In this document: piece by piece, positions 1 through 9,464 of the stretch
How the letters are laid out: each line of letters begins with the position of its first letter
Position numbering within the stretch: position 1 is the stretch's first letter
Assembly: GCA_050013255.1 (NCBI GenBank)
Contig: JBEKFP010000001.1
Span: forward strand, 1,024,001-1,088,000
Source of the DNA: Candidatus Bathyarchaeia archaeon
GTDB lineage: Archaea; Thermoproteota; Bathyarchaeia; 40CM-2-53-6
Direction: 5' to 3'
DNA: 64,000 nucleotides
Program-made: the position numbers and the translations under genes
Notes under the pieces: generated by a model
The model's database searches: none
The model's input: only the letters and a program-made list of their open reading frames with translations
What the model was told of the DNA's origin: nothing

Positions 1-455
1 GTCTTGTCTAATCGCGTGGCAAAATGAATAAACTGCGCCCCGAAAGCCTGATCAAGCTTGAGTAAGAGCCTGGTTGCGTATTTCACCTGACTCTTAGCGA
101 CTATGAAATCTAGATCATGAAGTTCTCGAAAGAACGGAGCTCCTTGACCATTGGTGCTTCGGCATCGAACCTTGATTGCGCCTCCCCCGAATAGGGCGAG
201 ATTTACGGGTTCATCAGTCAGGGGCTGGCGATAGACTGACGGAAAAAGTTCATGTAGCCGCGGAGCATTTCTCGCGGCCCAGAGAGCCACCACGGCCCTT
301 TGCATTGGCACGTAATTCATGTCTACCCAATCGGGTATGTTAAGATCCTTCTTCATTGCTTGTAGGTCGGCTTTATTGCTCAGGGGCCAATCCACTTCAA
401 GCGCGGTGCCGTCGTCTTCCGTGAAAAGTGAGATTCTCGTAGGTGTGGCGGTCAA
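1..455 (-). CDS. Nucleotidyltransferase-like protein (Pol-beta superfamily), 3'-partial, runs off the window edge
   Basis: Not in the ORF track. Manual translation from TTG at 455 is open to base 1: MTATPTRISLFTEDDG...VNLALFGGGAIKVRCRSTNGQGAPFFRELHDLDFIVAK. It has the hG[GS]xA...DxD signature and resembles 14349..15203 and 56300..57190. Confidence 0.75.
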   Translation of the reverse strand, partial: MTATPTRISLFTEDDGTALEVDWPLSNKADLQAMKKDLNIPDWVDMNYVPMQRAVVALWAARNAPRLHELFPSVYRQPLTDEPVNLALFGGGAIKVRCRSTNGQGAPFFRELHDLDFIVAKSQVKYATRLLLKLDQAFGAQFIHFATRLDK

Positions 456-582
456 TAGAGTTCCCTTTGGTAGGAATTTCTCTGAATTACTTAGACGTTA
501 CGTGATGAGTCCAATATTGAGAAGCACTCACGACGCTGCAGCTCGATCAACATACTCCCCGATGAGCCTGACGTGTAATTCG

Positions 583-1326
583 TTATTCTGGCTCATTCGG
601 TGAACTTCTGAAATCCCGTTTTCCGCGAATCAACTCGTATGTTGAGGTGGCAAGAATGTCTATCGTATCGAAAAGTGGGATGTGGATATCGCCTTGTCGT
701 ACGAGCAGTGGGATCTCCGTGCAGCCTGCAATAACGCCTTCAATGCCTGCTTTCTTTCTCACATTATTGATGATGCTAATTATCGAGGCTCTGTCGAATT
801 GAGTTCGACGGCCCGATTCAACGTTGATAATTATTCGTTCAATTAGCCGTTTCTGGGCCGCGTCGGGCTTAACCAAGCTGATTTCGCGGTCAGTCAAGGA
901 GTTATCGTATATCTGGCGGTTGACTGTAAACCTGGTGCCGAGCAACAGTACCTTTCTCAAACCTTTGGCTCTGATTTCCTGTGTGGTCTCTTCGACTATG
1001 CTGAGCACCGGGATCTTGACTGCACTCCTCATAATTGGGAGAAAGTAATGAACCGAGTTGCAAGGGATTGCGATAAAATCGGCTCCTGCTTTTTCGAGAA
1101 GTTTAACATTGGATCGCAATACTTGTTCGACTTTTGATTTGTTGAATCCTCTCCACATTCGGCCGTCAGGAACGGGGCAACTGTTTATGATGATGGGCGG
1201 AAAATCTGAATTATACTTCGCCCCGAGTTCCCGCTGGCACCGACTGATGATTCCCACGTATAGGCTTGCTGTAGCTTCTGGTCCCATGCCTCCAAGGATT
1301 CCCAGTTTTCGAACATATTTTCTCAT
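583..1326 (-). CDS. Aspartate/glutamate racemase family protein
   Basis: GILGGMGPEAT N-terminus; both catalytic Cys motifs present (IPCNSVH, GCTEIP). Confidence 0.92.
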   Translation of the reverse strand: MRKYVRKLGILGGMGPEATASLYVGIISRCQRELGAKYNSDFPPIIINSCPVPDGRMWRGFNKSKVEQVLRSNVKLLEKAGADFIAIPCNSVHYFLPIMRSAVKIPVLSIVEETTQEIRAKGLRKVLLLGTRFTVNRQIYDNSLTDREISLVKPDAAQKRLIERIIINVESGRRTQFDRASIISIINNVRKKAGIEGVIAGCTEIPLLVRQGDIHIPLFDTIDILATSTYELIRGKRDFRSSPNEPE

Positions 1327-1706
1327 CCTTTCTATACTTCCAGTTCAGTCTGTGTCTATGAACCGATGATTTGCTAAGCAGCAAAATGAAGCGGCCCACA
1401 CATTGCACATTCGATAACCAGCCGGCGTGCTAATTAGCGAATTTTCTTCACCCTTGCGCTGACTCACATTGACGGTTTCATATGAAGATCGAATGCTTCG
1501 TCTAGTAAACGATTATGTGTTCCAACTAAGGGAGGGTCATTTTGAATAAACTACGCTATGAGAAAATTGTATGTACACTGCCGCTGGATTTGCTTTGAAC
1601 GGTTCGTGGGTGAACGCGTCCACTTGAAAAATCTGCAAGCCCATGACTGAGAACAGGGGGAAGATCTTAAAGATGCTTTCCGAATTGCTCAACCTCGAAT
1701 GATGAA

Positions 1707-2750
1707 GTGATGAAAACGATTAAGGTTGTTCAATATGGTGTAGGCCCGATCGGGCTCGGGATTGTTGACGTTCTCCTAGCCCGACCTTGGATTCAGCTGG
1801 TTGGGGCAATTGACACCGACAAGAATAAGGTTGGAAAAGACGTTGGTCAGCTACTCAGTAATCCGCGAAAGACTGGGGTTACTGTGAGCGATAAGGCCGA
1901 AGATGTTCTCAAGAAGATTAAGCCAGACATAGTGACACACGCGACCTCTTCCTACATGAAAACGATCCAACCACAAATCGCTCAAATCATAGAAACTGGA
2001 ACAAGTGTCGTCTCTACCGCAGAAGAACTCTCCTATCCATTTGTGAAATCCCCCGAGATAGCAACACAGTTGGACGAACAGGCGAGGGACAAGAACGCGG
2101 TGATCCTCGGGACGGGCATTAACCCAGGGTTCTTACTGGACACGTTGGCTGTTGCGTTGAGTGGCGTCTGCCAGAAGGTTAATTCTATTCGAGCCGAACG
2201 CGTTGTGGATGCTTCGCAGCGTAGATTACCACTTCAAAAGAAGATTGGGGCTGGGCTGACGCTTAGCGAATTTGAGAAGAAAGTGGCGGAAGGCACAATA
2301 AAGCACGTTGGCCTGCCCGAGTCGGTAGGCCTCATCGCTCTGGCTATGGGATGGAAAGTTGGCGAAATACAAGAGAGGATCACCCCAGTCATGGCCGAGA
2401 AGGAAGTTAAGAGTGACTACATCAAGGTCCCACCCGGTTCCGTAGCCGGAGTCAGGCAAGTCGCTAAAGGAATCCTTGCAGACCAAGAGCTCGTAGTGCT
2501 CGACCTACGAATGTACCTAGCGGCTGAGAACCCGCATGACTCGGTCTTAATTGACGGCATCCCCCCGGTCGACATGGTAATTCGGGGCGGCGTCCAAGGA
2601 GACCGGGCGACACCAGCCATAATTGTCAATTCGATTCCAAAAATGGTTGCCCTGAAACCTGGGCTGAGGACGATGCTTGACTTGCCGCCAATTCCGCCCG
2701 TTCAGAATCTTGAGATCGAGAATCGCTCTGTCATGACGAAAACATTCTAG
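1707..2750 (+). CDS. 2,4-diaminopentanoate dehydrogenase / native amine dehydrogenase family (DapB-like N-terminal Rossmann fold)
   Basis: YGVGPIG Rossmann motif, STAEELSYP, GTGINPGF, HVGLPES, GGVQGDRAT. Confidence 0.85.
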   Translation: MMKTIKVVQYGVGPIGLGIVDVLLARPWIQLVGAIDTDKNKVGKDVGQLLSNPRKTGVTVSDKAEDVLKKIKPDIVTHATSSYMKTIQPQIAQIIETGTSVVSTAEELSYPFVKSPEIATQLDEQARDKNAVILGTGINPGFLLDTLAVALSGVCQKVNSIRAERVVDASQRRLPLQKKIGAGLTLSEFEKKVAEGTIKHVGLPESVGLIALAMGWKVGEIQERITPVMAEKEVKSDYIKVPPGSVAGVRQVAKGILADQELVVLDLRMYLAAENPHDSVLIDGIPPVDMVIRGGVQGDRATPAIIVNSIPKMVALKPGLRTMLDLPPIPPVQNLEIENRSVMTKTF

Positions 2751-2758
2751 GCTCGTCA

Positions 2759-3817
2759 TTGACCTTGACGAACAACATGCGAATCGTTGATCTAAGAAGC
2801 GATACTGTCACGCTTCCCACCGAGGAAATGCTTGAAGCAATCCGGACCGCTGAGCTAGGAGACGACGTATACGGCGAGGATCCTAGCGTCAACCGTCTAG
2901 AGGAACTGGCTGCTAAGAAGATGGGCAAACAAGCCGCCCTATTGACAACCAGCGGAACACAAGCGAACCTTCTAAGCGTAATGAGTCAAACCGAACGTGG
3001 CGATGAGATTATTCTAGAAAGCGAGGCTCACATGTACTTCTACGAGGTTGGAGCTTTCTCCGTTCTAGGAGGGCTAATTCCTCGCCTAGTGAAAGGCAAT
3101 ATGGGCGTGATGACGCCTGAGAGCGTTGAAGCATCCCTCAGGCCTCCGAACATACACTTTCCACCCACAAGTTTGGTCTGCATAGAGAACACGCACAACC
3201 GGGCTGGAGGAACAATGTGGACGCCAACCCAAATCAAAGCGGTATCCGGCATCGCAAAGAAACACAAATTGAAAGTTCACATGGACGGCGCCAGGATTTT
3301 CAACGCCAGCGTTGCACAGAACATAGATGTTCGCGAGTTTACGCAGCACGTAGACTCACTAATGTTCTGCCTCTCAAAGGGGCTGAGTGCACCTATCGGG
3401 TCGCTGGTAGTCGGTGACCAAGCGTTCATTGACAATGCGCGACGGTATCGAAAAATGCTCGGTGGAGGCATGAGGCAAGCTGGAATAATTGCCGCGGCAG
3501 GTATTGTGGCCATCGAGAAGATGGTGGACCGGCTCAAAGATGACCATGCAAACGCAAAGAGACTAGCGACAGGACTGGCGAAACTAGGCTACGGAGTAGA
3601 CGCTTCGCGAGTTCAGACCAACATCGTCGTCTGCGGCGTAAGCGGACTAGGAACAAACTCGGGAGAATGGATATCGAAAATGAGCGAGCATGGAGTGAAA
3701 ACAGGCTCAGTCGACGCCGATCGAGTGAGGATGGTAACCCATCGCGGTATAGAAAAGGAAGACATAGATTTTGCGATCAACGCCGCAGAGAAGGTCGTGC
3801 ATCAGGCCAAAAAATAG
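2759..3817 (+). CDS. ltaE: Low-specificity L-threonine aldolase
   Basis: DLRSDTVT, GDDVYGEDP, SGTQAN, ENTHN, HMDGARIFNA, CLSKGL (PLP Lys), GGGMRQAG. The true start may be the ATG at 2777. Confidence 0.93.
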   Translation: MTLTNNMRIVDLRSDTVTLPTEEMLEAIRTAELGDDVYGEDPSVNRLEELAAKKMGKQAALLTTSGTQANLLSVMSQTERGDEIILESEAHMYFYEVGAFSVLGGLIPRLVKGNMGVMTPESVEASLRPPNIHFPPTSLVCIENTHNRAGGTMWTPTQIKAVSGIAKKHKLKVHMDGARIFNASVAQNIDVREFTQHVDSLMFCLSKGLSAPIGSLVVGDQAFIDNARRYRKMLGGGMRQAGIIAAAGIVAIEKMVDRLKDDHANAKRLATGLAKLGYGVDASRVQTNIVVCGVSGLGTNSGEWISKMSEHGVKTGSVDADRVRMVTHRGIEKEDIDFAINAAEKVVHQAKK

Positions 3818-3931
3818 CCGGGTTGAATCATCCTCCCGTTATTTCACGATGACGGAGTGACTCCTCGAGCTTAAGAGTTCATACTTTTGCAAGATGTTGA
3901 CTGAGTTGGACTTGGTTGTGAGGCGCATCAG

Positions 3932-4597
3932 ATGGAATTCATTTTCATGTTAACGCATCATGATGTTACCATACCGAACGCGTTGCAGATACTCGATGAA
4001 ATCAAAGACACGGGCGTTAGGTGCGTTGGTTGCAAGGATATTGGACTCAGCTTCGATCAATACAAAGAACTCTTCCAGATGCTCAAGAAAGGTGAGATTG
4101 AGAGCTTTCTAGAGGTGGTCACCTACAAGGATGAAGAGCACTTCCGCGCCGTGGACCTGGCCTTGAAGATTGGAGCCGACAATCTCATTGGAGGAATGCC
4201 CGCGTACACCAAGAAGACGATGGATTATCTGAAACAGAAGCATTCACAATTACGTTTCTATCCCTACATTGGAACGATAACGGGACACCCGTGCATTTTG
4301 GGTGGGGGCGTTAGAGAAATAATTAGAGATGGAAAGAAAGCAGAAAAACACGGCGTTAGTGGAATAAACCTGCTGCTCTACCGTTACTCCGAAAACCAGA
4401 AGGAGCTCTTAGCCGCCACTAAAGAACTGCAAACGCGGTTGATCGTCGCGGGAAACGTCGCCGACTTCGAGCAAATAAAGGAGCTGAAGCGAAACGGAAT
4501 TTGGGGATTCACTATAGGCGGAGCAGTACTTGAAGGGAAATTTGTGAAGAACGGCACTACGAAGGAGCAAATCGAGGCAGTTCTGAAAAGCATCTAA
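3932..4597 (+). CDS. Uncharacterised TIM-barrel protein (ribulose-phosphate-binding-barrel-like)
   Basis: FIFMLTHHDVT start, GCKDIG, LEVV, GHP, and C-terminal VAGNV...GFTIGGA phosphate-binding-like loops. Confidence 0.6.
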   Translation: MEFIFMLTHHDVTIPNALQILDEIKDTGVRCVGCKDIGLSFDQYKELFQMLKKGEIESFLEVVTYKDEEHFRAVDLALKIGADNLIGGMPAYTKKTMDYLKQKHSQLRFYPYIGTITGHPCILGGGVREIIRDGKKAEKHGVSGINLLLYRYSENQKELLAATKELQTRLIVAGNVADFEQIKELKRNGIWGFTIGGAVLEGKFVKNGTTKEQIEAVLKSI

Positions 4598-4768
4598 TCG
4601 CTTACAAACTTCGCATGATAAGCTTCCAATTTTCCGCAAATGAAGCCATTCGTCACTTAGGGAAACTAATATGCGATTAATGAGATAAAAATTCATTTCA
4701 AGACGATTCTACCTGTGGTTTGAATGCGAAACCGTTAAGTTGAGCTGCACAGACTCGGTTTTGAAGAG

Positions 4769-5287
4769 TTGCTCTTGACAAAGAAAGGATTCGAGAATTT
4801 CGCCGTTTACATGTTCTCGATGGATTACCCAGAGGTCTGCAGAATCGAATTTAACCCAAAGAGCATGAAACAGAGAGGCGATGTGGTCTTCCACTTTCCG
4901 GATCGTGAAAAGATGTTTGTGTCGTGGGGCAAGCTTGACGTTGCACAGAAGAAGTTTGCAACGCTTGAAGAGCAGGCCGAGAAGAGTCTAAAAGCCGCAA
5001 GCAAAAGTGCCCAAACGAAAACTATGGAACGGGTCAAGCAAGACTCGATGAAGATAAACTCGCATAAGGCGGTCTACAATCACGTTAGAATGGAAGAGAC
5101 GCCTAAGGGATTCTTTTCAAGTAAGCAGAAGATATTGCGCGATGTTCTGTCGATACATCTTCATTGCGAACCTACTTCCAGATATTTCGTTATTTACGCT
5201 ATGCCCACTCGAAATGCGCCTGAAGATTTCGGAGACCTCTTCCTAGACATGGCTCACACCTTCGAGTGTCACCCAATCGCACGCTAG
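4769..5287 (+). CDS. Hypothetical protein (possibly PsbP/Mog1-like alpha/beta fold)
   Basis: 172-aa ORF filling the gap between neighbours. The pattern FSMDYP...GDVVF...HCEPTSRYFVIY...MAHTFECH is only suggestive of the fold. Confidence 0.55.
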   Translation: MLLTKKGFENFAVYMFSMDYPEVCRIEFNPKSMKQRGDVVFHFPDREKMFVSWGKLDVAQKKFATLEEQAEKSLKAASKSAQTKTMERVKQDSMKINSHKAVYNHVRMEETPKGFFSSKQKILRDVLSIHLHCEPTSRYFVIYAMPTRNAPEDFGDLFLDMAHTFECHPIAR

Positions 5288-5310
5288 TGGCAGTCTTTTT
5301 GGGCTGAGGT

Positions 5311-6837
5311 GTGACGCCTCGCATGGTCTGTTTTCTGAGCGTAGATGCAGGAACAACGGCGTCGAAAGTTGCCTTGTTTAAGCAAGATGGAGAACTCCTA
5401 GCAAGCTCCACCCGTGAATACGAACTAATCACCCCTTCACCGTTGGAAGTAGAGATCGACGCCGAAACGCTCTGGCGTGCTTTCACTTCTGGCGTCCACG
5501 AAGTTCTAGAATCCGGAGTTCGCCCGGACGACATCAAGGCCATAGGAATTTCGGCACAGGGTGAAACGCTGATACCTGTTGATAGCGAAGCGAAACCCCT
5601 CAGACGTGCTATAGTTTGGCTTGATAGTAGAGCCCAAAACGAGGCCGATGCAATCAACGCTGAATTCGACGAGACATTCTACAAAATCACGGGACAAGTG
5701 AAACCCTCCCCAACATGGCCAGCATCAAAAATTCTATGGTTAAAAAGACATGAACCGGCGACCTTCGAGAAGGCGTCTAAGTACATTCTCGTAGAGGACT
5801 ATCTCATTCACAGGATGACAGGGAAATTTGTCTCCGAAGGTTCTCTCCTCTGTTCGACAACCTACTGGGACATACGCACACGAAAATGGTGGGATGAAAT
5901 GCTGGACTTTGTTGGCATCACGGCCGACCAGCTGCCCGAAGTAAGAGAATCGGCGGAACCCATCGACACGCTGTTGGCACGACCCTCCGAAGACCTCGGC
6001 CTAGCCAGAAGCACCTTGGTTTGTACTGGTGCCTTAGACCAAGCTGCAGGCGCAGTAGGGGTAGGAAACGTTCATGCAGGATTATTCTCCGAGAACACTG
6101 GCGCTGCTCTCGCGATATGTGCGCCGTTAGAGGAATTGAAGATGGATCCCAAACGAAAGATGCCAATTCATTATTTCGCCAAACCGGGTACCTACATGGT
6201 TCACAGCTTCACGACGGGCGGCATGGTTCTTCGATGGTTCCGGGACAAGTTCTGTCAATCAGAGATGGATATTGCAACGTCAAAGGGTTTGGATCCCTAT
6301 GACGTTATCAGCACCGATGCCGCTAAGGTACCGCCCGGTAGCGAAGGATTGGTGATGTTGCCGCATCTTCAAGGTGCGATGGCACCCGAATCGAACCCGC
6401 GCGCCAAAGGAGTATTCTACGGATTTACACTACACCACACAAAAGCGCACTTCGTACGAGCCATTATGGAATCCATCGCCTGCACGGTCAGGCGAAACAT
6501 CGAGGCTCTACATGATATGGGAATCGAGATTGATGAAATCAGAGCCCTCGGCGGAGGGGCCAAGAGCAAATTGTGGAAACAGATTGAATCTGACCTAACC
6601 GGAAAACCGGTAGTGATCACTACATCACAATCAGAGGCATGCCTTGGGGCTGCGATACTCTCTGGCAAAGCCGCAGGTATCTTCAAGAGCGTTGATGAGG
6701 CCTGCGAAAAAATGATACGGACAAAGGACCGGTTCACTCCAAATAGCAACAACTTTGGCACTTACGATGAACTATACCGAAAATACACTAGATTATACGA
6801 GGACCTCTGCGGCCTTTTCTCCGAAGAGAAAAACTGA
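5311..6837 (+). CDS. FGGY-family carbohydrate kinase (xylulokinase-like)
   Basis: SVDAGTTASK, ISAQGE, WLDSRA, GALDQAAGAVG, LPHLQG, GGGAKSKLWKQI. Confidence 0.92.
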   Translation: MTPRMVCFLSVDAGTTASKVALFKQDGELLASSTREYELITPSPLEVEIDAETLWRAFTSGVHEVLESGVRPDDIKAIGISAQGETLIPVDSEAKPLRRAIVWLDSRAQNEADAINAEFDETFYKITGQVKPSPTWPASKILWLKRHEPATFEKASKYILVEDYLIHRMTGKFVSEGSLLCSTTYWDIRTRKWWDEMLDFVGITADQLPEVRESAEPIDTLLARPSEDLGLARSTLVCTGALDQAAGAVGVGNVHAGLFSENTGAALAICAPLEELKMDPKRKMPIHYFAKPGTYMVHSFTTGGMVLRWFRDKFCQSEMDIATSKGLDPYDVISTDAAKVPPGSEGLVMLPHLQGAMAPESNPRAKGVFYGFTLHHTKAHFVRAIMESIACTVRRNIEALHDMGIEIDEIRALGGGAKSKLWKQIESDLTGKPVVITTSQSEACLGAAILSGKAAGIFKSVDEACEKMIRTKDRFTPNSNNFGTYDELYRKYTRLYEDLCGLFSEEKN

Positions 6838-6965
6838 GAATGGTTTGTGGTAAGGAGTCTCGCGGCGTCCTGCCATGGCTGTAGCTATTGAGATTAGAAA
6901 TTTACCGAAACACCAATTATCTTGAGCTCTTATCTCATCCGTCTTGGAATCACCGGGGATCTGCT

Positions 6966-8075
6966 ATGCACTTCAACCGTATGCCACTTGAAGATTGGTT
7001 TGATCGGTATCAGTATGAAATTGACTACGACATAGGCGAAAGTGGGGTGAAGTTTCGGACACCTGACGCTTTGGGTGTGGACCTTGGAAAGATAGGGTTA
7101 CGCTATGGGCACCACAGGGGAGCCCCCGAACTTCGATCGCTTATTTCTGAACAGTACGAGGGATTGAAGCCTGATCAAATCGCAATTACAACTGGTTCAA
7201 GCGAGGCCAATTTCGCCGTCATTGTTTCACTAGTCAGCGATGGCGGCAGCATGATAGTCCAGCATCCCAACTATCCCTCGCTGTATGAGGTCCCGCGCTC
7301 GCTTGGATTACCACATGACCTCTTCCGATTGAGGTTTGAAGAGGAATTCACGACTGACCTAGGGCGACTGGAAGAGTTGATGAAGAGTCGACAAACGAAG
7401 TTGGTGACGCTTACGCATCCAAACAATCCGACCGGCTCAGTTATCTCCGAAGAAAGGTTGCGCGAGATCATCGAATTGGTAGAATCACATGATGCCTTCT
7501 TATTGCATGATGAAACCTACCGTGAGCTATCCTTCAACAAGCCACCACCTCCGGCAGCCTCGCTAAGCGACCATGCGATAAGCATGACAACGATGTCGAA
7601 AGGCTATGGGCTACCAGGGATAAGGGTAGGATGGGTTGCAGGTCCGGCGGAAGTTATCGAGAAGGTCACAGCGGTCCGTGAACAGATCACAATCTGCAAC
7701 AATAGCCTAGGCGAAGTAATTGCAACCTCTGCCTTGAAGCAGAAGGATCGGATTCTCAAGAATGTGCGAGAGCATTTGCACCGCAACTTCGAATTGATAA
7801 AGCGTTGGATGGCCAACCAAAATCAGTTGGAGTGGATTGAGCCGAAAGGTGGCGCAGTTGCATTCCCCCGCTTGAAGGCAGAAAGTAGTACGGAAGCCCT
7901 GTGTAGGTTGTTAGTGACAAAGTACCGAACTTTCACCATCCCAGGCTACACGTTTGGAATGGACACGCATCTGAGAATAGGTTTCGGAGGAGAAGCTGAG
8001 GAACTGACCGAGGGGCTCACCAGACTGGGGCATGCATTGAAGGAAGTATTAGTCGAGCCCGGACTAAGGGTCTGA
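6966..8075 (+). CDS. PLP-dependent aminotransferase class I/II (VioD/capreomycidine-synthase-like subfamily)
   Basis: Start moved to ATG 6966 (MHFNRMPLEDWF..DIGESG). Motifs THPNNPTG, DETYREL, MSKGYGLPGIRVGW, HLRIGFG. Confidence 0.88.
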   Translation: MHFNRMPLEDWFDRYQYEIDYDIGESGVKFRTPDALGVDLGKIGLRYGHHRGAPELRSLISEQYEGLKPDQIAITTGSSEANFAVIVSLVSDGGSMIVQHPNYPSLYEVPRSLGLPHDLFRLRFEEEFTTDLGRLEELMKSRQTKLVTLTHPNNPTGSVISEERLREIIELVESHDAFLLHDETYRELSFNKPPPPAASLSDHAISMTTMSKGYGLPGIRVGWVAGPAEVIEKVTAVREQITICNNSLGEVIATSALKQKDRILKNVREHLHRNFELIKRWMANQNQLEWIEPKGGAVAFPRLKAESSTEALCRLLVTKYRTFTIPGYTFGMDTHLRIGFGGEAEELTEGLTRLGHALKEVLVEPGLRV

Positions 8076-8099
8076 TACTCTCCCCGGCCGTTTGCTCCG

Positions 8100-9365
8100 T
8101 TACCGCAAGCTTCTTGCAAGTTTCATTTGCAGGGACTTGGCGTCCCTGCGACTAACAGATAGCGCACACAGTATTGGCATAGGAAAGCAATCATCCTCCA
8201 ATTTTGGAATATGCGAAAGTGATATTGCTCGTTCAGCCTCCCAAAGCAGCTTTGCCGCGGTCTTCACCGCTCCACCGTAGTCTGAGTTTGTATAGCATCT
8301 CACCCTAGACCTTATGGGCGTTGATGACCATGAGAATCGCGCGTTCACATGTGCCCGTACTGAAAATGCGGTCTTATACAAAAAACGTCTTGACAATGGA
8401 TCTTCTTTCGAGAGTTGCTCAAACCGAACATTGAAGAGCAGCTCCTGCTCATCCATCCTGATTTTAGTCAATAGGACCGGATACTTCCCAAGCTTTCTTC
8501 CTTCCAAGTGCCATGCAGCAATGTCAGCAGGCCTCAACGACTTAGGGACCGCCGAAGTTCGCGAGTCCATCTTTTTAGCGAGCTTTGGCGTGGTGTTACG
8601 CAAAATTCCGCATATGTTCGCTGCGATCCGCGCCTTGTAGGTTTGGTCCTTGACTTCTGCCGACAAAGCGTTTGGGCCAGTTATCTCTAGATGACCAGCT
8701 GCCGCGATCTGTGAAATGGCTCTAGCGAAGTCAACCCCCTGCCCGACCTTGCAGAAGAAGGAGTTGAAGCTTGAATTGTCTCGTTTCCAAATCTCGACCC
8801 TCCCTCTTCTCAGCGCGCGTGCAACGATGGGTAGGGCTTCCATCTGGTCAGCCCAGACGCCGGCTGTGTTATTCAGGCCTAGTTGCGTTCTGTTGCGCTT
8901 CGCCTCATTATAGAGGCTAAAGCAGAGGTCATAGTCGGCCCAAGGCGCTTTGTTTCCTGTGCAGTATGCAACACAACCCATCAGGCTGCGCGCAATTCTA
9001 TAGTCTCCTTCCGCACTTAACAGGGTGGTGTCCAACATCACCCAATTGCGAATTGATCCGGAAACCAAATCATTGATGGCGCTCAGTTCTTGCTTTAGCT
9101 TGTCGAATTCGTAAACTCGACACCCTTTGATCGCGATTTCGTAACTCACACGACTAGTGGACGATACTTTGTCCTTGATCGCAACTATCTTCTGAACATC
9201 GTTTTTCGAGAATGCCTGTCGATTTCTTTTAGTCAGAATGTGTTTGCTGTCAGCAATCAAGTTGATTGTGAAGGAATGGTTTTGGTTTGCGTATTGACGG
9301 AGTAAGTTCTTGCCTACTTTTCCGAGACCGAGCAAGGCCGCCTTGGGTTTTTCTTGCCCTGCCAT
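8100..9365 (-). CDS. Highly diverged homoserine dehydrogenase-like oxidoreductase
   Basis: LLGLGKVG Rossmann motif, IADS, LDTT and TGNKAP (cf. TANK). GHLE..SAEVKDQTYK aligns to HSD GYAE.DP..DV.G.D.A.K. GGAVKTA resembles GAG...TA. Confidence 0.6.
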   Translation of the reverse strand: MAGQEKPKAALLGLGKVGKNLLRQYANQNHSFTINLIADSKHILTKRNRQAFSKNDVQKIVAIKDKVSSTSRVSYEIAIKGCRVYEFDKLKQELSAINDLVSGSIRNWVMLDTTLLSAEGDYRIARSLMGCVAYCTGNKAPWADYDLCFSLYNEAKRNRTQLGLNNTAGVWADQMEALPIVARALRRGRVEIWKRDNSSFNSFFCKVGQGVDFARAISQIAAAGHLEITGPNALSAEVKDQTYKARIAANICGILRNTTPKLAKKMDSRTSAVPKSLRPADIAAWHLEGRKLGKYPVLLTKIRMDEQELLFNVRFEQLSKEDPLSRRFLYKTAFSVRAHVNARFSWSSTPIRSRVRCYTNSDYGGAVKTAAKLLWEAERAISLSHIPKLEDDCFPMPILCALSVSRRDAKSLQMKLARSLR

Positions 9366-9464
9366 GACTCAATCACTTTCTCCAGCATGCTTCATTGGGG
9401 TTGATGCCAGTGCTCTAGACTCTGCTTCGGTTCCGAAGGCGACAGCCAACGGCGACTGAGAAGG

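Noticed and set aside
1542-1598. SD-preceded 18-aa ORF (MNKLRYEK...)
   Set aside because: Too short to assign; it could be a stub or chance.
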